Source: Macrostomum lignano (taxonomy: Eukaryota). From it: a stretch of 64,000 nucleotides of DNA. Under the pieces are notes generated by a model. That model did not search any database, was not told the DNA's origin, and was given only the letters and a program-made list of their open reading frames with translations. The stretch spans positions 186,001 through 250,000 of the forward strand of contig NIVC01000672.1 in NCBI GenBank assembly GCA_002269645.1, written 5' to 3'. The translations under genes were made by a program, and so were the position numbers. Shown here piece by piece: positions 28,172 to 40,800 of this stretch. Numbering within the stretch: the stretch's first letter is position 1; each line of letters opens with the position of its first letter.

Positions 28172-29500
28172 ACTAGAGACGAATCTCAGGGTTGATTAGA
28201 GACGATTCTCAAGGCTGATTAAAGACGATTCTTATGGCTGATTAGAGACGATTCTCAAGGCTGATTAAAGACGATTCTTATGGCTGATTAGAGACGATTC
28301 TTAGGGCTGATTAGAGACGATTCTCAATGCTGAATAGAGACGATTCTTAGGGCTGATTAGAGACGATTCTCAATGCTGATTAGAGACGATTCTCAGGGCT
28401 GACTAGAGACGATTCTCAAGGCTGATTAGAGACGATTCTCAGGGCTGATTAGAGACGATTCTCAATGCTGATTAGAGACGATTCTCAAGGCTGATTAGAG
28501 ACGATTCTCAATGCTGATTAGAGACGATTCTCAGGGCTGACTAGAGACGATTCTCAAGGCTGATTAGAGACGATTCTCAGGGCTGATTAGAGACGATTCT
28601 CAAGGCTGATTAGAGACGATTCTTAGGGCTGACTAGAGACGATTCTCAATGCTGATTAGAGACGATTCTCAATGCTGATTAGAGACGATTCTCAGGGCTG
28701 ATTAGAGAAGATTCTCAGGGCTGATTAGAGACGATTCTCAGGGCTGATTAGAGACGATTCTCAATGCTGATTAGAGACGATTCTCAAGGCTGATTAGAGA
28801 CGATTCTCAATGCTGATTAGAGACGATTCTCAGGGCTGACTAGAGACGATTCTCAAGGCTGATTAGAGACGATTCTTATGGCTGAATAGAGACGATTCTC
28901 AGGGCTGATTAGAGACGATTCTCAATGCTGATTAGAGACGATTCTCAAGGCTGATTAGAGACGATTCTCAAGGCTGATTAGAGACGATTCTCAGGGCTGA
29001 TTAGAGACGATTCTCAATGCTGATTAGAGACGATTCTCAAGGCTGATTAGAGACGATTCTCAAGGCTGATTAGAGACGATTCTCAAGGCTGATTAGAGAC
29101 GATTCTCAAGGCTGATTAGAGACGATTCTCAATGCTGATTAGAGACGATTCTCAGGGCTGACTAGAGACGATTCTCAAGGCTGATTAGAGACGATTCTTA
29201 TGGCTGAATAGAGACGATTCTCAGGGCTGATTAGAGACGATTCTCAAGGCTGATTAGAGACGATTCTCAAGGCTGATTAGAGACGATTCTCAAGGCTGAA
29301 TAGAGACGATTCTCAGGGCTGATTAGAGACGATTCTCACGGCTGACTAGAAACGATTCTCAGGGCTGATTAGAGACGATTCTCAATGCTGATTAGAGACG
29401 ATTCTCAAGGCTGATTAGAGACGATTCTCAAGGCTGATTAGAGACGATTCACAGGGCTGACTACAGACGATTCTCAGGGCTGACTAGAAATGATTCTCAG
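28172..29500 (+). repeat. 23-bp minisatellite rggctgattagagacgattctca, ~57 copies
   Basis: Directly visible. Confidence 0.94.
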
Positions 29501-29821
29501 GATGTCGTTTCTTTGGAAAGTTTTTGAAGAAAGTTATTTTGGCTGTTTTGTTAGATTTTATAACCTGTATAGGCTGGCTTTATTGCAACTTTAGGAATTA
29601 CCAGTTTTACTTGCTGGTTTTAGGGATTAAGGGAACCTGAAGCTTCAAACTTGAGTACTAAGACATGATCTGGTCAGTCCAGTTGTGTGTCAATTTTCGA
29701 GGGGTATTACGAGCTAGTGCTTCATTACTGCCCTGGTCCCGAGTCCCCGTGGGTGGCTCGGTGCTCAGATATTACTGCAGACGAACAAATTAATAAAATT
29801 GTCTTCTGCACGCCTCCAGCC

Positions 29822-32297
29822 ATGCTCGAGCGACTTCTCAACGCCCCAGTGCTCACAGCGGGGTTGCCTGGCCCAGCCAGACTTGTGAGCAGATAATTGC
29901 CGCTGAGCTGTGGGTAATAAAAACACAGAGTGGCTGTGGAATTCTTGTCTTGTTAATATCGGGTTTGTTTGCTTTTCGTGGAGGCATTCGAACCTTGGCC
30001 TACAGCAGCACACAGAGGCCGCCTGCAACCAGGTAGGCAGTTGGTTGGGTTGAGTAGGCAGTGGGTTGGTTTGGGTAGGCAGTGGGTTGGGTGGGTTGGG
30101 TTGGGTAGGCAGTGGGTTGGTTTGGGTAGGCAGTGGGTTGGGTGGGTTGGGTTGGGTAGGCAGTGGGTTGGGTGGGTTGGGTTGAGTAGGCAGTGGGTTG
30201 GGTGGGTTGGGTTGGGTAGGCAGTGGGTTGGGTGGGTTGGGTTGGGTAGGCAGTGGGTTGGGTGGGTTGGGTTGGGTAGGCAGTGGGTTGGGTGGGTTGG
30301 GTTGGGTAGGCAGTGGGTTGGGTTAGGTAGGCAGTGAGTTGGGTTGAGTAAGCAGTGGGTTGGGGTTGGGTATACTGTAAGGGTTGGAGTTTTAGTCTCA
30401 GCAAGTTCCGCCAATTTCAGTCACCAATGACGTCATCAGCATTGTCGGAGGCGCGCCGCCGCCAGCTGCCTCGGTGCCAGGAGGTGCTGAGCCGGGCCGA
30501 GCGGTCCCGGTTCTACAAGGAGCGCGCCAGGCGGCACAAGGAGAATGCGCTGCTGGAGCTGCGGCTGCAGCGGCTGGCGGCGGAGCGGGCGGCGGCGGAG
30601 CAGCGGCTGCGGCGGCGGACCGCGGAGGTGCGGCAGCTGGCGCTGGCCCAGCGGGACCAGGCCCGGGAGGCTCGCGAGGCCGACAGCCGCCTGCTGGAGG
30701 CTGTGATGCGAAAGATCCAGCTGAACAAGCAGGTTGGCTTCGAGCAGGCGATTAAGTACAAGTCCAGTGAGTGAGAGGGGCTGATTGCTCACCTTGTGTT
30801 GATACACTCATCCTCATCCACTGTGTGAATGCCCACGGATTCCGGTCAGTGACTGTGTGAATGCCTACGGATTCCGATCAGTGTGTGAATGCCCACGGAT
30901 TCCGATCAGTGTGTGAATGCCTACGGATTCCGATCAGTGTGTGAATGCCCACGATTCCGGTCAGTGACTGTGTGAATGCCTACGGATTCCGATCAGTGTG
31001 TGAATGCCCACGGATTCCGATCAGTGTGTGAATGCCCACAGATTCCGGTCAGTGACTGTGTGAATGCCCACGGATTCTGGTCAGTGACTGTGTGAATTCC
31101 CACGGATTCCGGTCAGTGACTGTGTGAATGCCCACGGATTCCTGTCAGTGACTGTGTGAAAGCCCACGGATTCCCGTCAGTGACTGTGTGAATGCCCACG
31201 GATTCCGGTCAGTGACTGTGTGAATGCCCACGGATTCCGGTCAGTGTGTGAATGCCCACGGATTCCGGTCAGTGACTGTGTGAATGCCCACGGATTCCGG
31301 TCAGTGACTGTGTGAATGCCCACGGATTCCGATCAGTGACTGTGTGAATGCCCACGGATTCCGGTCAGTGTGTGAATGCCCACGGATTCCGGTCAGTGAC
31401 TGTGTGAAAGCCCACGGATTCCGATCAGTGACTGTGTGAATGCCCACGGATTCCTGTCAGTGACTGTGTGAATGCCCACGGATTCCGGTCAGTGACTGTG
31501 TGAAAGCCCACGGATTCCGATCAGTGACTGTGTGAAAGCCCACGGATTCCGATCAGTGACTGTGTGAAAGCCCACGGATTCCGGTCAGTGACTGTGTGAA
31601 AGCCCACGGATTCCGATCAGTGACTGTGTGAATGCCCACGGATTCCTGTCAGTGACTGTGTGAATGCCCACGGATTCCGGTCAGTGACTGTGTGAAAGCC
31701 CACGGATTCCAATCAGTGACTGTGTGAAAGCCCACGGATTCCGGTCAGTGACTGTGTGAATGCCCACGGATTCCGGTCAGTGTGTGAATGCCCACGGATT
31801 CCGGTCAGTGACTGTGTGAATGCCCACGGATTCTGGTCAGTGACTGTGTGAAAGCCCACGGATTCCGATCAGTGACTGTGTGAAAGCCCACGGATTCCGA
31901 TCAGTGACTGTGTGAATGCCCACGGATTCCGGCTGCAATTACAGAGAAGGTGCAGCAGCAGCTTCGCGAGCAGCAACAGTTGCAGCTAGGGGCCCCCAGG
32001 ACACCGCCAACGCCGCCGCCGCCGCCGCCGCCGCCGCCACAGCTGGACCTGCGGCTGATCTGGCCGGGCTTGCGCAGCCGCGGCCACTTCAGGCGGCTGT
32101 ACGCGCAGCTGCTGCTGGCCCAGCCAGGCCCAGATGAAGCCAGGCGGCGCGGTGACGAGTGCCTGCAGGCGCTGGCCGAGAAGTTCGCCGTCCGAGTCGG
32201 CACTACGGCTGGTGAGGACGCCGCCTTGACGGTTGCGAAGGCTCCGGCGGTGGCTGCAGCGTCTGCCGAGGAGCTTCGGCTCTGCTGGACTCGCTGA
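29822..32297 (+). CDS. Orphan coiled-coil protein (~253 aa, 3 exons; upstream exons possible)
   Basis: Exons 29822-29884, 30421-30766, 31945-32297 with GT-AG and matching phases (0, 1). Exon 2 is R/E/A-rich helical (ALLELRLQRLAAERAAAEQRLRRR); exon 3 has Q and poly-P runs; GC3-rich codons. Confidence 0.65.
30031..30365 (+). repeat. 30-bp G-rich array gggtaggcagtgggttgggtgggttgggtt
   Basis: Directly visible in intron 1 of the coiled-coil gene. Confidence 0.9.
30820..31932 (+). repeat. 32-bp (27-bp variant) minisatellite cagtgactgtgtgaatgcccacggattccggt
   Basis: Fills almost all of intron 2 (30767-31944). Confidence 0.94.
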
Positions 32298-34227
32298 TCC
32301 CGATAGGTGCTGTCTGGTGGGCTTTTTTTAGACTCCTCAGCGAGAACGCACGCTTTACTCTCTCGAAGTTTTTTTGAATTCATGTTTCTGTCAGGGACTT
32401 CTGATTTTTGGTCCCTGGTGTCCATTGCACAGAATATTTTAATCAAATTTGGCTTCACCAAAAAGTACATAACGGAACGGACGAGTTAAAAGCTGTCAAT
32501 CAAAACTAAGTTTTGTTTGTTTAACTTTAATTTTTAACAGTCTACCTGTACCCAATTCATATATGAATTGACAGAAGCAATTTTATAGTGCATAATGGAT
32601 ATAGTGCTGTAAACTTGACTGGAAATCTCAAAAAAGCGAACAGCCTGTATGAGATCTGCTACTTGGCAGAAGACTTAAACGAGGGGAAGGAAAAGGTCAA
32701 ATAATTCATAAAGCTGCTAAACGTACCTTTTTATTTCTGTCTTAAGTGCTCTAGATGTCAATGCAATCGATGGTCCGACCAAATGTAAGCCAGATCATTT
32801 TGATGAAATTATGCGCTGTTGGCATGCGGGAAGCCGGTTTCTAGAAACAGGAAATGTTTCGAAGGACCGCTGTAGTAACAGATTTATACAGTCATACAGA
32901 CAGTTATACTACGTACACCGTGTGGTCCGTGGCCTGTGTGTCAACCGTTCAATGTTGTAAAGCTACCTGGGCGTACGAAATTCGAAGTCGAAGAGAGAAA
33001 GAACGGATCGTTGACTGTGTGTTGCTCCCAACCTGCCTGTCACAACTGTTGTTTTAGTCCGCTGGTTACGATAGAATCCTCACAGTCACTATGTACAGTG
33101 GATAACTACTTACACAATGGTCCTTTAATAGAATCATAAGCAGTATAGCATCCTCAGCATTAACCCCCCAATGCCTTTTCCATAAGCTTCCCGATTCACT
33201 TCCGCGCACTCCTGATCCGAGGATATAGCTTCAAAATCATAAGAAATGTACACAATTTTTTAAACCATGGACAACTGATTTATTCACGTCATTTTGGTTT
33301 TCAACGAAGGGACTGACTATAGCCGATTCTTAGACATTTTGAACAGCACTCATCCCAACATAAAGTTCACTGCTGAAGGAGGTGGGAAATCTATACCTTT
33401 TTTAGACATTCAGATTAATTTTGAAAACGATTGTGTGTCCACCAAAGTTTGTCGTAAACCCACCTACACTGGTCTTCTGCTAAACTTCAATGCTCTCTGC
33501 CCAACCCAGTGGAAAGTGGGCCTGCTGCGTGGTATGCTCCACCGGGCTTTCGAAATCTGTAGCACCTGGACTAGTTTCCACGAAGAAATTTGCTTGATTA
33601 GCACCTATTTTTCCAAAAACAACTACCCGAAACGGTTCCTCGATTACCACATTAGGAAATTCATTGATGGTAAAGTCGCGAATCCTAACAATAGACAGAA
33701 TAAGGAAGAACAGAAAGATCTGAGGATTGATTGCACCCATATCTCCATTCCTTTCTATGGGCCTGCTTCTGTTCATTTTAAAAAGATCCTCATCAGAGCG
33801 TTTATTAGGTATTTAAATGTGAAGCTCATGGTCACTTTCCGTTGCGAGAAAATCAGTCGTTTTGTTAAGAATTTGAAATGCCGCGTTCCCAGCTCCTTAC
33901 GGGCAGGTGTCGTTTACCAATTTCAATGCTCTGACGACCAGAGTATCACCTACATAGGTGAAACTACCCGACACCTGTACGTGAGAAGTAGAGAACATAG
34001 GCAAAAGATGTCGGCCGTGCACGACCACCTGATGATATGCAAAGAATGCTGTGACAGCCAAATAGATAAAAACTTTTCCACCATCCATGCGTGCTCAAAT
34101 GAGTACAGACTAAAAGTTCTTGAAACCCTGTATATAAAATCGCGTAAACCAATCCTAAATAAGCAACTTGCCAATCATGGTGCCAGTGCCCTCCTTAGAG
34201 TATTCTAGGTGTACACTTGTGCTCATC

Positions 34228-34241
34228 TCACTCTCACTCTC

Positions 34242-34321
<80 letters not shown>

Positions 34322-34328
34322 TCTCCCC
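34228..34328 (+). repeat. (CT)n microsatellite in the Penelope 3' region
   Basis: Directly visible. Confidence 0.92.
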
Positions 34329-34459
34329 TCATTGTAACTCCGTGAGCGCTCCGTCGGACTGTACAATCTACTGTTAATTTATATACATTTCTGATTTTAA
34401 TCGACCCGTTCTTACTCTTAATTGTTAAATATAAATGAACAAATAAATCGTTTCTAATT

Positions 34460-34505
34460 TCAAGAGCCTGAAGATGCCTGACGCGAGGCGAAACATGTCG
34501 CATAA
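34460..34505 (+). ncRNA. Minimal type I hammerhead ribozyme of the Penelope-like element
   Basis: gc-CTGAAGA(34468-74)-T-GCC-tgacgcga-GGC-GAAA(34490-93)-CATGTC-gc: conserved core boxes, 3-bp stem II, palindromic CATG loop III, predicted GUC cleavage after 34499. Confidence 0.8.
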
Positions 34506-34800
34506 AAAATGATAGCGCTCAACTTCTTAATTCTACTTTTTCTCAGACGCGCAACTTTACCACAGTACGATTATTTATTCGCTTACGGAATTTTCATTGT
34601 TTTGCTTGATAGTATTTTTGTTTCCTTATACTATTCAGCATTATCTCTTTTCGAAAGTTCAAGTTTATATTTGTTGTAAACACTCTTATTAGCACTAATT
34701 TAAACACTTCACGTTCTTCAGCAAAAATATGCAGAAAAAACTCACAAGCAAGAGCTTTCACAATTGAAAATGTGTCAAAACTAAACAAGCCGCACCTAAA

Positions 34801-37800
34801 ATGACTGAAGTGGAAAGTAGTTACACCGTTGTCACTGGAAACAAGTTTGGTTTCCTACTGGACGACGTGGAAGATCCTGATGAAATCCTCCAGGCAGCAC
34901 TGGCTGAGAAGGGTGAAAAATCTAAGCAAAAGAAAAAAAAGGATCCAAAGGCCGCAAAGCCAGAAGATGTGAAGCAGGCTGCTAAGACTGACTCAGCAGA
35001 TCAATCGGGGGCGAAAAAACCAAGGAGAGAACGACAAGGCCAGCAGGACAGTATGTTAATAGAATCTTTTCTTAATTTAAAAATAATTTTGTTATAGGCC
35101 TAGGCCCTATATCACCTTCACCTTTAGCTTTAGTAAAAATAAGTAATAATAAGACTTTTCTTGTTTTGAAGTTAGTTTTTTATTATATTTTAAAAAATAT
35201 ATAAATTTTATGAATCTAGCCTCTTGATATTTTCCTATTGTATTTTATCTTTGACTTTTGTATCATTGGCATTAACATTTAAACTTTATTCTTTATATAT
35301 TTATGTTTGGCCTTAGGCTTATTAGCTTAAGATAGGCTTTTTAGGGTCTAACATTGAAAATACTATAACAAGGTATAACATAGTGTACTTTACTTTGGAA
35401 GCAGCAGTTAGATAAATTGTGAAAGGAAATAAACATAAAAAGTTGACTTTTGCAAGTTAGCAAAGGGGTAATTCTACAAAAATGGGATAGCAGGAAAATT
35501 AAGCCTGACAAATTTAAAACAATATTTTAAGGTTTTTAGATGAAACCATTGAGATTTTTATACAATATTAACTGTAATACTAATTAGAAAAATATATAAT
35601 GACTAACTCTAAAATGTTTTAATGTTGTCTAACCCAGAAATTTTGTGGATATCTGCCCTCACAGATTTCAACTTCATAAGTTTTAGGCATATCTTTGAAA
35701 GCATAATAAAGTGTGTTTTTTAAATGCATTTCATTTAGCAAAGTTTAACTATTTTTTTAAACTGCCTGCTTTCATTTGCACACAATTTTTACTATTTTAG
35801 CTTCTAAATACACTTTCTTGAGCAAGTATATTTTGCTTTTATTTCTAATTACATTTTCCTGTTTTTCAAAGTTTAAATTGATTTTAAAGGCAAAGTTTTT
35901 TTCAAATGAAAGAAAATACATTATAGTTTTTATAACATTTTTTATTTGTAAATCTAAATCATATAGTTATAACATGAGTTAATTGCCAAGTCAAACTAGG
36001 ATAGCATGAGAATAAGTATCTACCTAGAGTACCCAACATATAGAATGTAGAAAGTAGTGATGGATCAAAATTCGATTTCAATTTTGGTATTCCGAATTTT
36101 GAAACTAATTTTGCATCGAAATAATTTCAATTTTGAATTTCGACACTATTCATCAAAAATCATTTCAAAATTTTGGTTATATTTTAACAATTTAGACATT
36201 GATGATCATGCTACACAAGAAAGAAAATCTATAGGAAGTGAAAGGAGGTGCGGTTCAAAGACTCAGTGGGGAGGTGAGAATCGCCTTTTCTACAAGAAAT
36301 ATTATGCAGGGCACACACTGTTCCAGGCCTTGTGCTGCACCCACCTCAACCTCTACAAGCCCACTGGCTGAACTCATTGGTGTGGATTTTAATTGGCTAA
36401 AGACTTAAAGCCTTAATGAAATGGATATAGGCTACTCGTATCTAGATCTTCAGCTTAAACAGTGGTGAAGTATAATACAACTTCTATTATATTTCTATAT
36501 ACGAGTGTATAATACATAATAAACCAGCATTTTCTATTTCATATTTTAAAGTAAGTTGAATCTTAAGTATTCTGGTTTAAACATATCAAAGATACTTTTT
36601 ATACAACATGTAAGCTCATACATGCAAAGGCAAGGTGTTAAGCTTTTTGCGTGATTAGCAAAAAAGTAAAAATTTGTTAAGCTAAAAAATTTCAATTTCG
36701 ATTTCAATTTCAATCTCAATTTTGATTCTAAAGAACCAAAAATTTCAATTTTGATTTGAAAAATAATTTTGATCCATCACTAATAGAAAGCCAAGTTTTT
36801 ATTACATTAATCTAGACATTCCAAGCCTGGGTTTTTTGTGCAAATGGGTGCAAATAGCATCTTGGTCTTAAAAATTGCACCCTGAAATTTTACTCAAGGT
36901 GCAAAAAGTGCACCAGAATTTTTTGCAAGGATGAGATGCAGATTTCACAATTTAGTGTTATGGACATCTTAAGTCTGTAACTTCATATTCTTAGAATTAG
37001 CCAGTAATTTGAAACACACTATTAGTGTTTAGACCAGTTTTGGTTTGTAGCAATGCAGTGCATCCTGGTCTTGAAAATCGGACCCTAAAATCTAGCATAG
37101 GGTGCGAAATCACACCTAAGTTATAGACAAAAAACCCTGTGTCCAAGCTTTGTAATAAGTGTTTAGGTTGTTTTTTGAACATATTGCATTGCTAAAAATT
37201 AGTCAAATTATACCTGAAACAACCATATCACATTGAAAATGTTTCTACAAAACCCGAAAGTATCTAACACACAATGTGTAAAGACCAATTTTTCATTAAA
37301 TGAATCAACTCATTCTAAGCTTTCTAATAAGTGGTTTGTTGCTTTTCTAGCATATTGCATTGTTGAGAAATTAGTTTGACAATGAATGTCGGAGTCAATA
37401 ACATATCTAAGACATTTTTTTCACATTGAAAAATGTTTAGCAGTCATATAGACCTTTTTATACTTATTCGTCTTTTAAATTAATCATTATCTATCAAAAT
37501 TTATAAAGCATCCAAGCTACATATGCATATTGTAATTTTAAAAGTTGATTGAAGCCTATAAGTATCGCCTTTGCAACATTTATCTTTTTAATTTGTATGG
37601 TATTAAATGTTGTTTAAGAACATTTATAGCTATTTAACAATTTAATGCTTCACTATAAAGCATTTTTTGTGCTTTTTGTAGATGTCGTGATTGCTGTTGT
37701 ATTATTTGTATTTGTCTAATAAAGTTTTGCAGTACTTATATTTTTTCAGTTTTAAGGTGGACACTTTGTGTTCCATTTTGGTAGAAATACCCAAATAATT

Positions 37801-40800
37801 AACATAGTCTAGATCATGCTAGGTGCATACCTAAACAAAAAGTGAATAATTACAAATGCACACCAAAAAATTTAGTACACACTTACTCTTTTAAATCTAT
37901 ACAAGTTCTGTAATGGACCCTTTTAGCTAATAATTTGTTCTATAAGGTGCATGCCAAGTGTGCACATACACTTTTTTCTTAGGAGTGATGCACATCAACT
38001 GTGCATACCTACTTTTGGCATGCAAAGCCAATGCTTGCCCAAATTTTTGGGTAAATACTATATTATCTGGAGTGTAGAATAATTATTGCATTTAGAGTAA
38101 AAAACCTTGAAATTGCCTATCTATGCTTAGATTTCATGCTAAAAAGTGGCATAAGCATGCTATAATGATATTTATCAGGGTCATTCTACAAGAAGGTCCC
38201 ATTATGTTTTTGAACTTTAAGCACTTGTAACTTGTTAAATGACCATCAGCATAGTTTATGCCTCTGATATGTGTTCAGTTGTTTTGGGTTCATAAGCAGC
38301 TATGTGAAATATATAAAACTAGAAGTTTGACACAGACTGATACTTGAAGCTTTGTTCCATCTATTGTGGTTCAAAAGTTACAAGTGCTTTAAGGTAAAAA
38401 ACATGATGGGACCCTCTTGTGGAATGATCCATTATATGCCTTTTCATATATTTACTATACCAAAAATAATATATTGGTTTTAATATATACCAGATTCTAG
38501 ATAGTATACATATATGCCAGGATTTTCTGATATGCAAAGAGATCTGGTATACATCATTGGTATACAAAAGGGCCTGGCTACATTCTGGATCATGTAATAT
38601 ACCCAAAAATTTGGGCAAGCATTGGCTTTGTATACCAAAAGTTAGGCATCTATAGTTGGCTCCTAAGAAAATAGTATATATACACCTAGTGTGTACTTCA
38701 TAGAATCGTATGGAAGAGTTTAGTGTTAAGTAGAAAAAGTTGAAAAAGTCTTTTTTAATGTAAATTTCAAGCTTTCTATTTTTAAGCTTATAATGAGGCA
38801 TTTAAACAAATGTTTGTGCATATTGATTTTCTACTTAAAGTAATATTGACAAAAAAGAAAAATAAGCAACCAAATTACAAGGGGTGTCCCAAAAGTCGGT
38901 GCACTTTCTTCACTATAGCCTTTTCTGACCGATCAGAAATATCAAGTCTGTTGCAGTTGAAAATAGAATTATCTGCCCATTAAAATGACTTTCTGTTTAT
39001 TTTTGTATCTGCTGGCATTCTTGAGATATGAGCACTTTTTTGCCCTACCCCCTGTGCTACTTTTACAAATTGCTATAGACCAAAGCTTTGTATCTGATGC
39101 ATGAAACAACAAAACATTCATTGAATCAACAAAACATCTGCAACATGAAAGCTGAGGAAAGAACAGTCAAAGTTAATCATCAACATTGTCCTGGGGCTTC
39201 TCCACATAGTCATTACTGTGCTGCACACTTCTGTCATTGGCTGTGCATGTTGTCAATGTCATCAACCAGCAAAATCTGAGTGCAGCATCTCATGAAGGAG
39301 AACTTGGCAAGTCAATGCTTCCATGCTCCCATGACAAGCAAAGATTCATCCATGCAGCAGCTTCTTCCTCTTAGGAAAGAATGCAGTCAGCTGTTGACAA
39401 ATCTGGAGAGTAGGGTGGCAGTGAGAGCAGCACAAAATTTGCCTGCTCAATTGTCTCTTCTGTTTTCTTGGCCATGTGGGATATGCATTGTTGTGGCATA
39501 GAATGTATGGATCCGCAGTACCTAGTGGGCCAAGATCTTTGACAGTTCTAAATCCTCAGTCATTGTGCAGTGGAACAGTGGACTTTGGACTGCTGAGCAT
39601 ATCTGCAATCTCATAAACTGTCAGTCTGGCATCAGTGTGAAGCAATGCCTGAATTTGTCTATGCTATTGCTGATGCCATTGATGACATGCACAGCCAATG
39701 GCAGAAGTGTGCAGCATAGTAATGACTATATGGATAAGCCCCAGGACAATGTTGATGATTAACTTTGACTGTTCTTTCCTCAGCTTTCATGTTGCAGATG
39801 TTTTGTTGATTCATTGAATGTTTTGTTGTTTCATGCATCAGATACAAAGCTTTGGTCTATGGCAATTTGTAAAAGTAGCACAGGGGGTAGGGCAAAAAAG
39901 TGCTCATATCTCAAGAATGCCAGCAGATACAAAAATAAACAGAAAGTCATTTTAATTGGCAGATAATTCTTTTTTAACTGCAACAGACTTGATATTTCTG
40001 ATCGGTTAGAAAAGGCTGTAGTGAAAAAAGTGCACCAACTTTTGGGACACCCCTCGTATTAGCCAAAAGTGTCTTTTATGCAATCCAAAAAAGTTATATA
40101 TTGTTACAATGCAAAAAAGTCATTTATTGTTTCAACATTGGCCTAGATTTGAAAGTGTGGGCAAGCACTTATTTTTGGCATGCATTTGTAACTATTCAAT
40201 TTTAGTTCCATATGCACCCAGTATGATCTGGACTATAGGGGCCTGGCATACCCTTTAATATGCAACTTCGCATATAGAGATTTCTGAGACAGTAGATGGG
40301 ACCAAAGCTCCAAGTCCCAATCAATGTATACAATTAGTGTACAAAAATTCTCAAGTTCAAGTTTGGCACACTCAATATACATAGTTAATGTAGCTGAGTT
40401 TTGATGAATAAAGATTAGCTTAACAAAAAATAAATTAAAAAAAATGTGTTAAACTGTTCTAAGAAGTTAAATGTAAAATAAAAATAGTTAAAATAAACTA
40501 GTTCTTTTCCTTTTAGTAAAAAAAAAGTTTATACAAATCATAAATTTAAATATTAAAATTTTGTGAGCCATTTAAATTAAAAAATAAAAAGTATTTAATT
40601 TGGTTAATAGTTTTTTATTTTATATTGAATATACTCTATTTTATTGGAATATTTTATTTATAAACAATAAATATATCAAGTCTATTTACATAATAGACAT
40701 TGTTGATTTGGTAAAATATGCCTGTTATATACAAGTAAACCTTGTCTAGCATTAGACTAGCAAAGGTAAAGATAAATTATTTATATACAGGTAGTGGTTT

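Larger units (their letters stand above)
33288..34545 (+). mobile_element. 5'-truncated Penelope-like retroelement (RT C-terminus + GIY-YIG endonuclease, 3' pLTR region)
   Basis: ORF 33294-34208 begins just downstream of where YxDD is expected (ILVFNE...LNSTHPNIKFT...IPFLDI...RKPTYTG) and ends in GIY-YIG (GVVYQFQC...YIGETTRHLYVRSREH...LETLYIK...PILNKQ). It is followed by (CT)n and a hammerhead motif. The 3' boundary is approximate. Confidence 0.9.

Noticed and set aside
30031-30365. Telomere-like appearance of GGGTT repeats
   Set aside because: Not (TTAGGG)n; it is a 30-bp composite unit inside an intron.
36057-36371. 104-aa ORF within the hAT element as a transposase remnant
   Set aside because: No convincing hAT motif in any frame.
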